64,000 nucleotides of DNA from Candidatus Omnitrophica bacterium UBA6215 (GCA_002421665.1 DISH01000001.1:69410-133409); one strand, 5' to 3'; positions 30,579 through 42,027 are shown, counted from the first letter of the stretch. Notes: generated by a model not told the origin, from the sequence alone. Program-made: numbers and translations.

Positions 30579-31853
30579 ATGAAAGTAAAGAGCAAGGAAT
30601 TACCGGGTTCCCGCAGGGATTTTGAGATCGAGGTTCCCGCCGAGAATATAAAAGAAAAACTGAACGAAATATTTGAAGAGATCGGAAAGTATGCCGAGGT
30701 CCCCGGTTACAGGACCGGTAAGGCCCCTCGTTACCTGGTGGAATCCCATTACAAAGACAAGGCGCACGAGGAGGTCAAGAAGCGCGTGATAGGCGATTCG
30801 ATAGTCAAGGCCGTCAAGGATGCCGGGATAGACATAATAGGCATGCCTTCGGTCGTTAATGTGGTTTTTGAGGAGGGCAAGCCGCTGTCATTTAAGGCCG
30901 AGGTAAATGTCCGCCCCGAAATAAAGCTTAAGAATTATAAAGGATTGAAAGCCGCGAAACAGAAGGCCCAGATATCCTCTGAGGATGTCGACAAGGTCAT
31001 CCAGGAACTGCAGGAGAGGCATTCGCAGCTCAAGGACGTGGAAGGCCGTCCGGCGAAAGAGAACGACTGGTGTCTTTGCGATGTGGAGATATCGGTCGAA
31101 GGAAAGCCCGGCGAAAAGAACGAGAATGTCTGGTTCCCCCTGACCCCTAACTCCACGAAGCCGGAGTTCATGAGCCAGCTTATAGGCTCTGTCCCGGGCG
31201 ATACAAAGACGGTCAAGACGACCATGCCGGCGAATTATCCCAAAAAGGAACAGGCGGGCAAGGAAGCGGTTTTTATTGTAACGGTTAACCAGGTAAAGGA
31301 GAAAGTCTCGCCAGCCATAGACGACGAATTTGCCAAGGATATAGGGGGTTTTAAATCCCTCCTGGAATTACGCGGTAATATACGCGAGGAACTTACAAAG
31401 GCCAAGGAACAGGAGGTCAGGTTCAAGATGGAAGAGGACCTCATGAGCCAGCTTATAAAGTCTGTTTCTTTCGAGGCGCCGTCAGCCATGGTGGATGCCG
31501 AAGCCGAACACCTTCTCAAGGACGCCCAGCAAAGACTTCAGTATATGGGTTATAAGGTCGATGATATACAGAAGGAAGAAAATGCCATGAGGGACAAGTT
31601 CCGCGATGAGGCGACCAAGAGGGTAAAAGCTTTCTTTATCCTCGACAAGATCGCGCAGGCCGAGAATCTTTCCGCTTCCCAGGAGGACATCAACAAGCGT
31701 ATAGACCTTATGGCTGCGAGGGCCAAGAAGACTTTTGAGGAAGCAAAGAAATATCTCGAGGATAACGGGCTCATGGATGACATAAAGGCGGAAATAGCGC
31801 AGGACAAGGCCATGGAATTCGTGGTTGCCAACGCTAAAATAGAGGAGGCCTAA
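30579..31853 (+). CDS. tig: trigger factor
   Basis: The size is 424 aa, with an N-terminal ribosome-binding domain, a PPIase core and a C-terminal arm. It precedes clpP. Confidence 0.9.
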   Translation: MKVKSKELPGSRRDFEIEVPAENIKEKLNEIFEEIGKYAEVPGYRTGKAPRYLVESHYKDKAHEEVKKRVIGDSIVKAVKDAGIDIIGMPSVVNVVFEEGKPLSFKAEVNVRPEIKLKNYKGLKAAKQKAQISSEDVDKVIQELQERHSQLKDVEGRPAKENDWCLCDVEISVEGKPGEKNENVWFPLTPNSTKPEFMSQLIGSVPGDTKTVKTTMPANYPKKEQAGKEAVFIVTVNQVKEKVSPAIDDEFAKDIGGFKSLLELRGNIREELTKAKEQEVRFKMEEDLMSQLIKSVSFEAPSAMVDAEAEHLLKDAQQRLQYMGYKVDDIQKEENAMRDKFRDEATKRVKAFFILDKIAQAENLSASQEDINKRIDLMAARAKKTFEEAKKYLEDNGLMDDIKAEIAQDKAMEFVVANAKIEEA

Positions 31854-31855
31854 AG

Positions 31856-32464
31856 ATGGGCGACAGGGAACGTTCTCAGATGCTCGTCCCGATGGTAGTT
31901 GAACAGTCGGGCCGCGGTGAACGCGCTTATGACATCTACTCAAGACTTCTCAGGGACAGGATAATATTCATCGGTACGCCGATCGATGATTACGTGGCAA
32001 ACCTGGTCATAGCACAGATGCTCTTCCTCCAGATGGAAGACCCGGAGAAGGACATAAATATATATATAAATACCCCGGGCGGCGTGGTCACCGCCGGGCT
32101 TGCCATCTATGATACCATGCAGTTCGTCAAGCCTGATGTCTGCACTTATTGTGTGGGGCAGGCAACCTCGATGGGCGCCATACTGCTTGCCGCCGGGACC
32201 AAAGGGAAAAGGTTAGCCCTTCCGAACGCGCGTATAATGATGCACCAGCCTTGGGGGGGCACCCAGGGAGCGGCTGCCGATATCAGCATACAGGCAAAAG
32301 AGATATTGAGGATGCGGGACAGGATCGAAGAGTTGCTTGCCAAGCACACCGGCCAGCCTCTCGAGAGGATAAAGAAAGATACCGACAGGGATTACTTCCT
32401 CAGCGCCGAAGAGGCCAAGGCCTACGGCATTGTCGATGAAGTCATAACAGGAAAGAAAAAATAA
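31856..32464 (+). CDS. clpP: ATP-dependent Clp protease proteolytic subunit
   Basis: [11 protein letters not shown]...[18 protein letters not shown] and the catalytic region GQATSMGA...MMHQP are present. Confidence 0.95.
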   Translation: MGDRERSQMLVPMVVEQSGRGERAYDIYSRLLRDRIIFIGTPIDDYVANLVIAQMLFLQMEDPEKDINIYINTPGGVVTAGLAIYDTMQFVKPDVCTYCVGQATSMGAILLAAGTKGKRLALPNARIMMHQPWGGTQGAAADISIQAKEILRMRDRIEELLAKHTGQPLERIKKDTDRDYFLSAEEAKAYGIVDEVITGKKK

Positions 32465-32471
32465 CAAGCAG

Positions 32472-34874
32472 ATGAAGAAAGAGAGCCAGAACAAGGATTC
32501 TTTGCCGCTCCTTCCTTTAAGGGACATGGTCGTATTCCCGTTCATGGTAGTACCGCTTGTAGTGGGCAGGGAAAAGTCCATAGCGGCGGTCGAGGAGGCC
32601 CTTACAAAAGACAAGACGATACTCCTTTGCGCACAGAAATCGGTAAAAGTGGAGGAGCCGTCGGCAGACGATATCTATACCGTGGGGACGGTTGGACAGA
32701 TAGTCCAGTCGGTCAAGCTTCCCGACGGGTCTTTTAAACTTTTGGTAGAGGGGCTTTATCGCGCGCGTATCAAAAAACTCTCGCTGCTTAAAGGTTATCT
32801 GAACGCCGATATAGAGAATCTGCCTGTATCGTCGGAGAAGACCATAGAGACGGAAGCGATGGTCCGTTCCCTCGTCAACCAGTTCGAAGAGTATGTCAAG
32901 CTCAACCAGAGGGTCCCGACCGAAGCCTACGCTACCATAGCCAATATAGCGGACCCTGACCAGCTTGCCGATACGGCGGCCTCATACCTTACGATGCGTG
33001 TAGCTGAAAAACAGGCCCTGCTCGAGATCCTAAACGCGGTCGAGAGGATAAAAAAACTCACTGAGGTCCTGAACTCCGAGATAGGAATACTCCAGATAGA
33101 GAAAAAGATATCCTCAAATGTCCGAAAACAGATAGAAAAATCGCAGAAGGAATATTTCCTGCAGGAACAGCTTAAGGCTATCGAGAAGGAACTTGGCCAG
33201 AAGGACGACAACAAGAACGAGTTAGACGAGCTTAAGGACAAGGTAAAGCAGGCCAAGATGCCCAAGGATGTCCAGGAGACCGCGCTGCGCGAAGTCGAGA
33301 AACTTTCAAGGATGTACCCGAGCTCCCCCGAAGCTACCGTATCGCGCAACTACATAGATTGGCTTATCGCGATGCCATGGTCCGCCAAGACCGAGGATAA
33401 CCTCGACATAAAGAATGCCGAGAAGATACTCGACGAGGACCACTACGGCCTTGAAAAACCCAAGGAGAGGATACTCGAATACCTTGCGGTGCGCAAGCTC
33501 GTAAAATCGATGAAAGGACAGATCCTGTGTTTTGTGGGGCCGCCCGGAGTCGGTAAGACCTCGCTGGCGAAATCGATAGCCCGTGCTCTCGGCCGCGGGT
33601 TCATCCGTGTCTCCCTGGGAGGGGTCAGGGATGAGGCGGAGATACGCGGCCATCGCAGGACGTATATCGGTTCCCTGCCCGGAAGGATAATACAATCCAT
33701 CCGGAAGGCCAAGTCTAAAAATCCCGTCTTTCTCCTGGACGAAGTTGATAAGATGTCCATGGATTTCAGGGGTGACCCGGCGTCTGCCCTGCTCGAAGTG
33801 CTCGATCCCGAACAGAATTCGGCGTTTTCAGACCATTACCTGGAGGTGGAGTTCGATCTCTCCGACGTGATGTTCATAACGACGGCGAATTTCCAGGACA
33901 ATATACCTATCCCGCTGCAGGACAGGATGGAGATAATAAAGATACCCGGGTACACCGAGTACGAAAAAGTCAAGATCGCGCAGGGTTTTCTTGTCCCCAA
34001 GCAATTAAAGGCCAACGGGCTTAAAGTAGAGCACATCAAATTCACCCAGGAAGGGCTCTTAAGGATAATAAGAAGGTATACCCGTGAGGCCGGCGTCAGG
34101 AACCTTGAGCGCGAGATAGCCCGCGTATGCAGGCGTATAGCCAAGGAAGTCGTTAAGAGAGATAAGGACCTCAAGATAAGATTGACCGCCGCCCGCGTCG
34201 AGAAATACCTGGGTCCCATGCAGTTCACCGAGCCGAAGAAGGAAGAGAAGAACGAGATAGGGGTGGCCACGGGCCTGGCCTGGACAGAAGTAGGAGGCGA
34301 CATCATCTCTATAGAGTCCACGCTTATGAAAGGCAAAGGGAAACTTACCCTTACCGGCAAGCTCGGGGAGGTTATGAGGGAATCCGCCCAGGCGGGTTTG
34401 AGCTATATACGTTCACGAGCCAGGGAACTCGGTGTCCAGGCCGATTTTTACAGGAAGATGGACATACATATACATATACCCGAAGGGGCCGTTCCCAAGG
34501 ACGGGCCGTCCGCCGGCATAACCATGGCGACCGCCCTGGTCTCGAGCCTTACAAAACTTCCCGTAAAGAAGGATGTTGCTATGACAGGGGAGATAACGTT
34601 GCGCGGTAAGGTCCTGCCTATCGGCGGTTTGAAATCCAAGATCCTCGCCGCGCATATGGTAGGGATCAAGACGGTCATAATCCCGAAAGAGAACGAGAAG
34701 GACCTTGCTGAGATACCAAAAAATATCCTGAAAGACATAAAGGTCGTTACCGTGGAGAATATGGACCAGGTTCTGGATATTGCTCTCGAGAAGAAGCGAT
34801 CGAAGGCGCCGAAAGCGGCCCCGAAGAAGATCTTCAGGCCAACGGTTTACCAGCGTTTTCCCATACAAACTTAG
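32472..34874 (+). CDS. lon: ATP-dependent Lon protease
   Basis: A LAN N-domain ([16 protein letters not shown]) is followed by an AAA+ domain (GPPGVGKTS) and a proteolytic domain ([15 protein letters not shown]). Confidence 0.95.
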   Translation: MKKESQNKDSLPLLPLRDMVVFPFMVVPLVVGREKSIAAVEEALTKDKTILLCAQKSVKVEEPSADDIYTVGTVGQIVQSVKLPDGSFKLLVEGLYRARIKKLSLLKGYLNADIENLPVSSEKTIETEAMVRSLVNQFEEYVKLNQRVPTEAYATIANIADPDQLADTAASYLTMRVAEKQALLEILNAVERIKKLTEVLNSEIGILQIEKKISSNVRKQIEKSQKEYFLQEQLKAIEKELGQKDDNKNELDELKDKVKQAKMPKDVQETALREVEKLSRMYPSSPEATVSRNYIDWLIAMPWSAKTEDNLDIKNAEKILDEDHYGLEKPKERILEYLAVRKLVKSMKGQILCFVGPPGVGKTSLAKSIARALGRGFIRVSLGGVRDEAEIRGHRRTYIGSLPGRIIQSIRKAKSKNPVFLLDEVDKMSMDFRGDPASALLEVLDPEQNSAFSDHYLEVEFDLSDVMFITTANFQDNIPIPLQDRMEIIKIPGYTEYEKVKIAQGFLVPKQLKANGLKVEHIKFTQEGLLRIIRRYTREAGVRNLEREIARVCRRIAKEVVKRDKDLKIRLTAARVEKYLGPMQFTEPKKEEKNEIGVATGLAWTEVGGDIISIESTLMKGKGKLTLTGKLGEVMRESAQAGLSYIRSRARELGVQADFYRKMDIHIHIPEGAVPKDGPSAGITMATALVSSLTKLPVKKDVAMTGEITLRGKVLPIGGLKSKILAAHMVGIKTVIIPKENEKDLAEIPKNILKDIKVVTVENMDQVLDIALEKKRSKAPKAAPKKIFRPTVYQRFPIQT

Positions 34875-34889
34875 GAGGAACCAGCAATA

Positions 34890-36053
34890 ATGAAGAAGAC
34901 ATATCTTATGACGCCGGGACCTACACCCGTCCCGCCGCAGGCCTTGCTTGCGATGGCGGAACCTATAATCCATCATAGGACCCCTGAGTTCATGGCTATA
35001 TTCAAGGAGACCTGCGATCTCCTGAAGTATGTCTTCCAGACCCAGAATGATGTCATAACTTTTACTTCTTCAGGTACAGGCGCGATGGAAGCGGCCGTCT
35101 GCAACCTTCTTTCTCCCGGGGACAAAGCTATATGCGTCCAGGGAGGCAAATTCGGTGAAAGGTGGACCGAACTTTGCAAGGCTTATGGTATTACTCCGAT
35201 TGTAGTCGATGCCAAATGGGGAACGGCCGTGGACCCCAAGGCAGTAGAAGCGGAGTTAAAAAAAGATGCCTCTATACAGGCGGTCTTTACTACCCTTTGC
35301 GAGACCTCAACGGGCGTCCTTACGGATATCAGGGCTATAGCGCAAGCGACCAAGGGACATAATGCAGTCCTGGCAGTCGACGCCATATCGGGCCTGGGCG
35401 CGGAAGAGATAAAGACTGACGAATGGGGTGTGGATTGCGTAGTTTCAGGTTCGCAAAAGGGCCTGATGATACCCCCGGGGCTGGCTTTTATATCACTTAG
35501 CAAGAAGGCTTGGGAGAAGGTCGAGAAATCGAAATGTCCTAAATACTATTTCAGCCTGAAGAAAGCCAGGAAGGCCATAGAATCTACCGACACTCCTTTT
35601 ACTCCGGCGATATCGCTTGTGATAGCTTTGCGAGAGACGCTGCGGATGATGAAGAACGAAGGGCTTGATGTCATATTTAACCGCCACAAGATACTGGCGC
35701 TTGCCACGCGCAAAGCGATGGAGGCTATGGGCCTTAAGCTATTTGCCCCGGCGGCCCCTTCGAACGGGGTTACCGCCGTCTGCGCGCCAGAAGGCATAGA
35801 CGGAGAGAAACTGGTCAAGCATATGAGGGATAAATACGGCGTGGGTATAGCCGGCGGCCAGGCTGAACTTAAAGGCAAGGTCTTCCGTATTGCACATATG
35901 GGTTACATTACTCAGACAGATATATTGACGACGATCGCCGTGCTCGGAATGGCGCTCGCCGAGATGGGATACAGGGGCGAACCGGGCGTAGGGGTCGAGG
36001 CTGCAGAAGAGGTATTGCTCGAAGGCCGCGACAGGGCTCCCGCCCAGCCTTAG
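34890..36053 (+). CDS. class V pyridoxal-phosphate aminotransferase (AGXT/SerC-like; probable phosphoserine or serine-glyoxylate aminotransferase)
   Basis: MTPGPTPVPP...FTSSGTGAMEAA...SGSQKGL (PLP lysine) are present. The gene lies immediately upstream of serA. Confidence 0.75.
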   Translation: MKKTYLMTPGPTPVPPQALLAMAEPIIHHRTPEFMAIFKETCDLLKYVFQTQNDVITFTSSGTGAMEAAVCNLLSPGDKAICVQGGKFGERWTELCKAYGITPIVVDAKWGTAVDPKAVEAELKKDASIQAVFTTLCETSTGVLTDIRAIAQATKGHNAVLAVDAISGLGAEEIKTDEWGVDCVVSGSQKGLMIPPGLAFISLSKKAWEKVEKSKCPKYYFSLKKARKAIESTDTPFTPAISLVIALRETLRMMKNEGLDVIFNRHKILALATRKAMEAMGLKLFAPAAPSNGVTAVCAPEGIDGEKLVKHMRDKYGVGIAGGQAELKGKVFRIAHMGYITQTDILTTIAVLGMALAEMGYRGEPGVGVEAAEEVLLEGRDRAPAQP

Positions 36054-36080
36054 ATAGTCATACAATCAGGAGAGAGAAAA

Positions 36081-37664
36081 ATGTACAAAGTGCTCGTCAG
36101 CGATTCATTATCCGAGGAGGGGCTTAAGGTCCTGAAGGACGAGAAAGATCTTCAGGTAGATGTGAAGCTCAAGCTGCCCACGGAGGAATTGAAGGCGATA
36201 ATAAAGGATTACGATGCGCTTGTCGTGCGCAGCAGCACGAAGGTTACCAAGGATATAATCGATGCCGCTTCCAAGTTGAAGGTTATCGGAAGGGCGGGGG
36301 TCGGCCTGGATAACGTGGATGCCGAGGCGGCTTCCAAGCGGGGTATAATAGTAATGAACACGCCCGCCGGTAATACCATATCTACCTGCGAGCATACGTG
36401 GTCGCTAATGCTTTCCATGTCGCGTAATGTCCCGAATGCCAATGCCTCTCTGAAAGAAGGAAAATGGGACAGGAACAAATATATGGGTGTAGAGCTCTAC
36501 GGCAAGACCCTTGGTATCATAGGCCTCGGCCGCATCGGCACGGAAGTTGCCAAGCGCGCCATGGCTTTCGGGATGAGGGTCATTGCTTACGATCCGTTCC
36601 TTACGGTCGAGAAGGCCAATGATCTCGGCGTGGAACTGGTGGAGATCAAGGATATAATAAGGGAATCCGACTACATAACCGTCCACACCCCGATAACCAG
36701 CGAGACGAAGCACCTTATCGGCGAAAAGGAATTCGGGCAGATGAAAAAAGGCGTGCGCCTTATTAATTGCGCCCGCGGCGGTATCATTGACGAGAAAGCC
36801 CTTGCAAAGGCCCTTGACTCCGGGCACGTGGCCGGCGCCGCTCTCGACGTATACGAAGACGAACCGCCCAAGGATTTTTCGATCTTCAAGAATCCCAAGC
36901 TTATCGCGACCCCTCATTTAGGCGCTTCTACAGAGGAAGCCCAGGTCAATGTCGCTATAGAGGTAGCCAAGCAGGTCGCGGATGCTTTACTGGGTCGCGG
37001 TTGCCGTAATGCCGTCAATGTCCCGTGCGTGGATCCGGAGATCTATAAGGTGATACGTCCGTATGTCACCCTTGCCGAGAAGATAGGTCTTGTAATCGGA
37101 CAGCTTACCGACGGCAGGATGCAGGAGGTGAAGATCGAGTATTCCGGAGAGATAGTCCAGCATGACCTGGCGTCTGTTACGATCGCATTCCTGAAAGGCG
37201 TCCTGACTCCCATTCTCCAGGAGACGGTAAACTACGTTAACGCGTCGTTCATTGCCAAGGAACGGGGGATCAAGATAGTCGAGACAAAGACCTCGCAGAT
37301 CGAGGAGTTCGCCAACCTCATAACCATCGAGGCGCATACCGACAAGTCCAAGGTAGTGGTTGCCGGTACGCTTTCGCCGCGCAAGAACCCGCGTATAGTA
37401 AAGATAAATGATTTCTATGTCGAAGCTTCGACGATCGGTTATCTTCTTATACTGATCAACGAGGACAAACCGGGCATAGTCGGCCAGATCGGTACGATCC
37501 TCGGGCAGCACAAGATAAACATTGCCGGCATGACCTTAGGCAGGACCAAGGCCGGAGGCCGCGCCATGACCGTTCTCAACCTTGACGAGGAAGTTCCGGA
37601 AGGTATCATGAAAGAAATAAGTTCAGCCAAACACGTAATTGAAGCCAAACTAATAAAACTATAA
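36081..37664 (+). CDS. serA: D-3-phosphoglycerate dehydrogenase (with ASB and ACT domains)
   Basis: GIIGLGRIGTEVAKRA is the NAD site, followed by the HTPIT, CARGG and DVYE motifs. A C-terminal ACT domain is present and the protein is 527 aa. Confidence 0.85.
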   Translation: MYKVLVSDSLSEEGLKVLKDEKDLQVDVKLKLPTEELKAIIKDYDALVVRSSTKVTKDIIDAASKLKVIGRAGVGLDNVDAEAASKRGIIVMNTPAGNTISTCEHTWSLMLSMSRNVPNANASLKEGKWDRNKYMGVELYGKTLGIIGLGRIGTEVAKRAMAFGMRVIAYDPFLTVEKANDLGVELVEIKDIIRESDYITVHTPITSETKHLIGEKEFGQMKKGVRLINCARGGIIDEKALAKALDSGHVAGAALDVYEDEPPKDFSIFKNPKLIATPHLGASTEEAQVNVAIEVAKQVADALLGRGCRNAVNVPCVDPEIYKVIRPYVTLAEKIGLVIGQLTDGRMQEVKIEYSGEIVQHDLASVTIAFLKGVLTPILQETVNYVNASFIAKERGIKIVETKTSQIEEFANLITIEAHTDKSKVVVAGTLSPRKNPRIVKINDFYVEASTIGYLLILINEDKPGIVGQIGTILGQHKINIAGMTLGRTKAGGRAMTVLNLDEEVPEGIMKEISSAKHVIEAKLIKL

Positions 37665-37665
37665 A

Positions 37666-38943
37666 ATGCCAAACACAGTCGTAGTGGGTGCCCAGTGGGG
37701 AGACGAGGGCAAAGGGAAGATAATAGATATATACTCGCGGGATGCCGATTATATCGTCCGGTACCAGGGCGGCAACAACGCCGGCCACACCGTAGTGATC
37801 GGCAATAGCGAGTTCATACTCCATCTCATACCTTCCGGTATCCTGCATAAGGGCAAGGTATGCGTTATCGGCAACGGTGTTGTTGTTGACCCCGAGGCGC
37901 TCATAAGCGAGATAGAGAGCCTGAGAGTAAAAGGGATAAAGGTAGATGATAACCTCAAGATCAGCGACCAGGTCCATCTGATATTCCCGTACCATAAGGA
38001 GATCGATACCCTCAGCGAGCGCCGCAAGAAGATAGGCACGACCGGCCGCGGCATAGGGCCGTGTTATGTCGATAAGGTAGGCAGGAGCGGTATAAGGCTT
38101 GCGGACCTGCTCGATGACGAGCTTTTCAGGAAAAAACTTCAGGAGAATATAATAGCCAAGAACGAGACCCTGCAGAAACTTTACGACCATAAGGGTTTTT
38201 CTTTCGATGAGATCTACGACAAGTTCGTTGAATACAGGAAGAAGATCGCCAAATACGCCTGCAATGCTACAATAATCCTTAACGAGGCCGTCAAAAAAAG
38301 GAGGAACCTCCTGCTCGAAGGCGCGCAGGGTACCCTCCTGGATATCGATCACGGGACTTATCCGTATGTGACAAGCTCGAATGCTACCGCGGGCGGCGCG
38401 TGCACGGGTACCGGGCTTGGGCCTTCCAAGATAAACAAGGTGATCGGAGTGGTCAAGGCGTATACGACACGGGTCGGGGAAGGGCCTTTCCCGACGGAGT
38501 TCGGCCCGGACCTTATGGAAGTCATAAGGCAGAAGGGGAAGGAGTTCGGTGCTACGACCGGACGCCCGAGACGTTGCGGCTGGTTTGACAGCCTTATCGT
38601 CAGGCATTCGGCGCTGGTCAACAGTCTCGATGCTATCGTGGTAACTAAGCTCGACGTGCTCGATGAGCTCGATACGGTCAAGATAGCTGTTGCGTACAAG
38701 TATAAGGGAAAAATGTACAAAGATTTCCCGGCGAACATCGAAATGCTTTGGGATGTAGAGCCGGTATATGAGGAGCTGCCGGGGTGGGGAGAGGATACCT
38801 CGCGTGTGGCCAGCTTCTCAAAATTACCAACTAACGCCAAGAAGTATTTAAGGAAACTGGAAAAACTTATTGGCGTCAAGATAGAGCTGGTATCGGTTGG
38901 TAGCAGGCGAGAGCAGGTGTTCAAGATGGGAGGAAAGAAGTAA
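37666..38943 (+). CDS. purA: adenylosuccinate synthetase
   Basis: VVVGAQWGDEGKGKIID...GGNNAGHTV is a near-universal PurA N-terminus. Confidence 0.95.
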   Translation: MPNTVVVGAQWGDEGKGKIIDIYSRDADYIVRYQGGNNAGHTVVIGNSEFILHLIPSGILHKGKVCVIGNGVVVDPEALISEIESLRVKGIKVDDNLKISDQVHLIFPYHKEIDTLSERRKKIGTTGRGIGPCYVDKVGRSGIRLADLLDDELFRKKLQENIIAKNETLQKLYDHKGFSFDEIYDKFVEYRKKIAKYACNATIILNEAVKKRRNLLLEGAQGTLLDIDHGTYPYVTSSNATAGGACTGTGLGPSKINKVIGVVKAYTTRVGEGPFPTEFGPDLMEVIRQKGKEFGATTGRPRRCGWFDSLIVRHSALVNSLDAIVVTKLDVLDELDTVKIAVAYKYKGKMYKDFPANIEMLWDVEPVYEELPGWGEDTSRVASFSKLPTNAKKYLRKLEKLIGVKIELVSVGSRREQVFKMGGKK

Positions 38944-38945
38944 AC

Positions 38946-41303
38946 ATGGAAAGGTTTTTTAAGGTCATCTTCTTTGTAACAGCGCTTATTATATGCTGTA
39001 ACGTTGTCATGGCGCAGGATGTCGCGGCGCCCGCGGCAACGGAGGCCTTCAAACCGTTCGCTTTCATGACGGACCCGGTTTTTACCTTGATGGAGAAGGT
39101 AGCCCTTTGGTCTGTCCTGGGCGTGGCTATACTGGGCCTTTTATACGCCGGATTCCTGATGGCGCAGATCCTTAGCGAGGACAAGGGTACGAACAAGATG
39201 CAGGAGATATCCACTGCTATCCGCGTGGGCGCCAATGCGTACCTTAACCGCCAGTTCAAGGCAATAGTGCTCCTTATGTTCTTATTGACCGCGGCATTAT
39301 ATTTTACTGCGGGGGCGATGCATATACAGATAGGAAGGGCCTGTGCGTTCCTTATGGGCGCGTTCTTTTCTGCGATGGTCGGTTTTGTGGGCATGAACCT
39401 TGCCGTCCAGGGCAACGTTCGCGTAGCTGCGGCGTCCAGGACAAGCTTTGGCCAGGCGCTCAAGATCGCTTACCGAACCGGTACGATCACGGGTATGCTT
39501 ACCGACGGCCTAGGGCTGCTTGGAGGTACCGTGATATTCATGATATACGGAGAACAGGCTTATGAGGTTCTCCTCGGCTTTGGTTTCGGCGGCACGCTCC
39601 TGGCACTCTTCATGAGGGTCGGAGGCGGTATCTACACCAAGGCTGCGGATGTCGGCGCCGACCTCGTTGGTAAGATAGAGAAGAATATCCCGGAGGACGA
39701 TCCAAGGAATGCCGCTACCATCGCGGATAACGTCGGCGATAACGTCGGCGACTGCGCCGGTATGGCTGCGGATATCTTCGAGTCTTATGAGGTTACGATA
39801 GTTTCGGCCATGATCCTCGGCTGGGCTTCATTCGGCCATAAGGGCGTTATATTCCCGCTTCTCGTGCGCGCGATAGGCGTGCTAAGCTCGATATTCGGTA
39901 CCTATCTTGTCCGTACCAGCGACAAGGTCCGTAACGCCATGCGCGCCATTAACGTCGGTTTTTGGTCGTCGGCGGCGGTATCGATCATCGGTTTTATGGT
40001 AATAGGTTTTTATTACCTCAGGTTCCCCGGTTCGGAGCAGCTGCCGAAATGGGCAAGCCTCGGCGTAGCCGGGCTTGATATGAGGCCGGTATGGACGACC
40101 CTTGTGGGTATCATACTTGCCATTACGATCAACCGTGTTACCGAATACTTCACCAAGCCTGAGGCCGCCCCGGTCAAATCCATAGCCAGGGCTACACAGA
40201 CCGGCCATGCCACTACGATAATTACCGGTCTCGCGGTAGGATATGAGTCTACCGTGTGGGCTATTATCATAATCGCGGCCGCCATAGGCGCCTCGGTCAT
40301 GATATATGCCGGGACCAACCCGACATTCGTCGCTTACGGTGTCGCCATGTGCGGTATTGGTATGCTCACGCTTACCGGCAACAACATATCGATGGACGTA
40401 TTCGGGCCCGTTGCCGATAACGCAAACGGTATAGGGGAGATGGCGCACCTGGAAAAAGGCGCCCGCCAGACCCTTGCTGACCTTGATGCCGTCGGTAATA
40501 CAACGAAAGCTATTACCAAGGGTATTGCGATCGGTTCCGCGGTCGTCGCGGCCGTTTCGCTCTTTAACTCTTACATAACCGACATCGCCAAGGCGACCGG
40601 CAGCACCTACGAACAGATAGCCGCGTCTCTTTCGATATCCGAGCCGAATGTTTTCATCGGCCTGCTTATCGGCGGCGCCATACCGTTCCTTTTCAGCTCC
40701 ATGACGATAAGGGCCGTCGGCCGTGCCGCGTTCCTCATCGTTAAGGAAGTCAGGAACCAGTTCCTTGATAAGGAGATATGGGAAGGTAAGAAGACGCCGG
40801 ATTACGGCAGGGTAGTCTCCATCTGCACCGCGGCCGCGCAAAGCGAGCTTATCGGTCCGGGACTTCTGGCTATACTCGCTCCCATACTCGTGGGACTTCT
40901 TCTCCACAAAGAGGCGCTTGGCGGTTTCCTCGCCGGTATGATCCTTTCAGGCCAGTTGCTCGCCGTGTTCATGTCGAACGCGGGCGGCGCCTGGGATAAC
41001 GCAAAGAAATCGATAGAAGACGGTATTTACGGCGGAAAAGGTTCGGAGGCCCATAAAGCTTCCGTTACCGGAGACACCGTAGGCGACCCGCTCAAGGATA
41101 CCGCGGGCCCCGCGCTCAATCCGCTTATTAAAGTTATGAACATGGTTGCCCTGCTTATAGTCGGCATCATGATAAAGAACCAGAAATTAAATCCCGGCGT
41201 TATATTCGTAGGTATTGCGGGTATAGCCGTGATGTTGTGGGTTATCTTTAGGTCTCGTCGTGACGCAAAAGACATAATGATAGGAGATGATTCGAGCAAA
41301 TAG
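38946..41303 (+). CDS. hppA: membrane-bound H+/Na+-translocating inorganic pyrophosphatase
   Basis: GGIYTKAADVGADLVGK and DNVGDNVGDCAGMAADIFES are V-PPase motifs. The protein has multiple TM helices and is 785 aa. Confidence 0.9.
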   Translation: MERFFKVIFFVTALIICCNVVMAQDVAAPAATEAFKPFAFMTDPVFTLMEKVALWSVLGVAILGLLYAGFLMAQILSEDKGTNKMQEISTAIRVGANAYLNRQFKAIVLLMFLLTAALYFTAGAMHIQIGRACAFLMGAFFSAMVGFVGMNLAVQGNVRVAAASRTSFGQALKIAYRTGTITGMLTDGLGLLGGTVIFMIYGEQAYEVLLGFGFGGTLLALFMRVGGGIYTKAADVGADLVGKIEKNIPEDDPRNAATIADNVGDNVGDCAGMAADIFESYEVTIVSAMILGWASFGHKGVIFPLLVRAIGVLSSIFGTYLVRTSDKVRNAMRAINVGFWSSAAVSIIGFMVIGFYYLRFPGSEQLPKWASLGVAGLDMRPVWTTLVGIILAITINRVTEYFTKPEAAPVKSIARATQTGHATTIITGLAVGYESTVWAIIIIAAAIGASVMIYAGTNPTFVAYGVAMCGIGMLTLTGNNISMDVFGPVADNANGIGEMAHLEKGARQTLADLDAVGNTTKAITKGIAIGSAVVAAVSLFNSYITDIAKATGSTYEQIAASLSISEPNVFIGLLIGGAIPFLFSSMTIRAVGRAAFLIVKEVRNQFLDKEIWEGKKTPDYGRVVSICTAAAQSELIGPGLLAILAPILVGLLLHKEALGGFLAGMILSGQLLAVFMSNAGGAWDNAKKSIEDGIYGGKGSEAHKASVTGDTVGDPLKDTAGPALNPLIKVMNMVALLIVGIMIKNQKLNPGVIFVGIAGIAVMLWVIFRSRRDAKDIMIGDDSSK

Positions 41304-41310
41304 GCGGTCC

Positions 41311-41338
41311 GGAGCCGTCCCCTCACGGGGACGGCTCC
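41311..41338 (+). other. perfect 12-bp GC-rich inverted repeat (stem-loop) just 3' of hppA
   Basis: GGAGCCGTCCCC-tcac-GGGGACGGCTCC. No U-tract follows it. Confidence 0.6.
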
Positions 41339-41356
41339 ATACATGCGGAGGATCCA

Positions 41357-41977
41357 ATGTTTAAACTTATACCTCAAGAGGTGAAGTTCTTCGAGATGTT
41401 CGTTAAAAGCGCCGAAAACCTCTTGAAGGGCGCCAGGGTCTTAAAGGACATCGCGAACGATTTCAGTTCGCTGGCGGAAAATGCCGCTAAGCTCGAGAGG
41501 CTTGAGCATGACAGCGACCAGATCACGCATGAGATCATGGAGAAACTAAATAAGACGTTTGTCACCCCCTTGGACAGGGAAGATATCCATGAGCTTACCG
41601 CGGCCCTGGACGACGTAATGGATTTCATAGAAGCGGCCACGGAGCGCATGGTCCTTTATAAGGTTTCCGTCCCCACTCCCGAGATGAAAGAGATCGCTGA
41701 GGTTATACTCAAACAGGCCGAAGAGATAAATTATGTCATGCCCAAGCTCAAGGAGATAAAACATTCCCAGATTATTGGGCATTGCATAGAGATCAACAGG
41801 CTTGAGAACGAGGGGGACAGGATACTCAGGGAAGCCGTGGCCGGGCTTTTTGACAGGAAAATAGATCCCCTTGAGGTCATAAAGTGGAGGGATATCTACG
41901 ATTACCTGGAGACGGCCACCGATAAATGCGAGGATATAGCTGTTACGGTTGAAGGCATTGCGCTGAAATACTCTTGA
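41357..41977 (+). CDS. DUF47 / PhoU-like family protein (TIGR00153)
   Basis: LERLEHDSDQITHEIMEKLNKTFVTPLDREDIHELTAALDDVMDFIEAA matches the YkaA/DUF47 pattern. Confidence 0.8.
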   Translation: MFKLIPQEVKFFEMFVKSAENLLKGARVLKDIANDFSSLAENAAKLERLEHDSDQITHEIMEKLNKTFVTPLDREDIHELTAALDDVMDFIEAATERMVLYKVSVPTPEMKEIAEVILKQAEEINYVMPKLKEIKHSQIIGHCIEINRLENEGDRILREAVAGLFDRKIDPLEVIKWRDIYDYLETATDKCEDIAVTVEGIALKYS

Positions 41978-42006
41978 TTGACACGCAGGGACTTATTTGA
42001 TAGTAT
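41978..42006 (+). promoter_or_regulatory. sigma70-like promoter for the downstream three-gene envelope operon
   Basis: TTGACA (41978-41983), a 17-nt spacer, then TAGTAT (42001-42006). An AAGGAG RBS sits at 42014-42019 ahead of the GTG at 42028. Confidence 0.5.
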
Positions 42007-42027
42007 TAAACCAAAGGAGTTGCGCTT

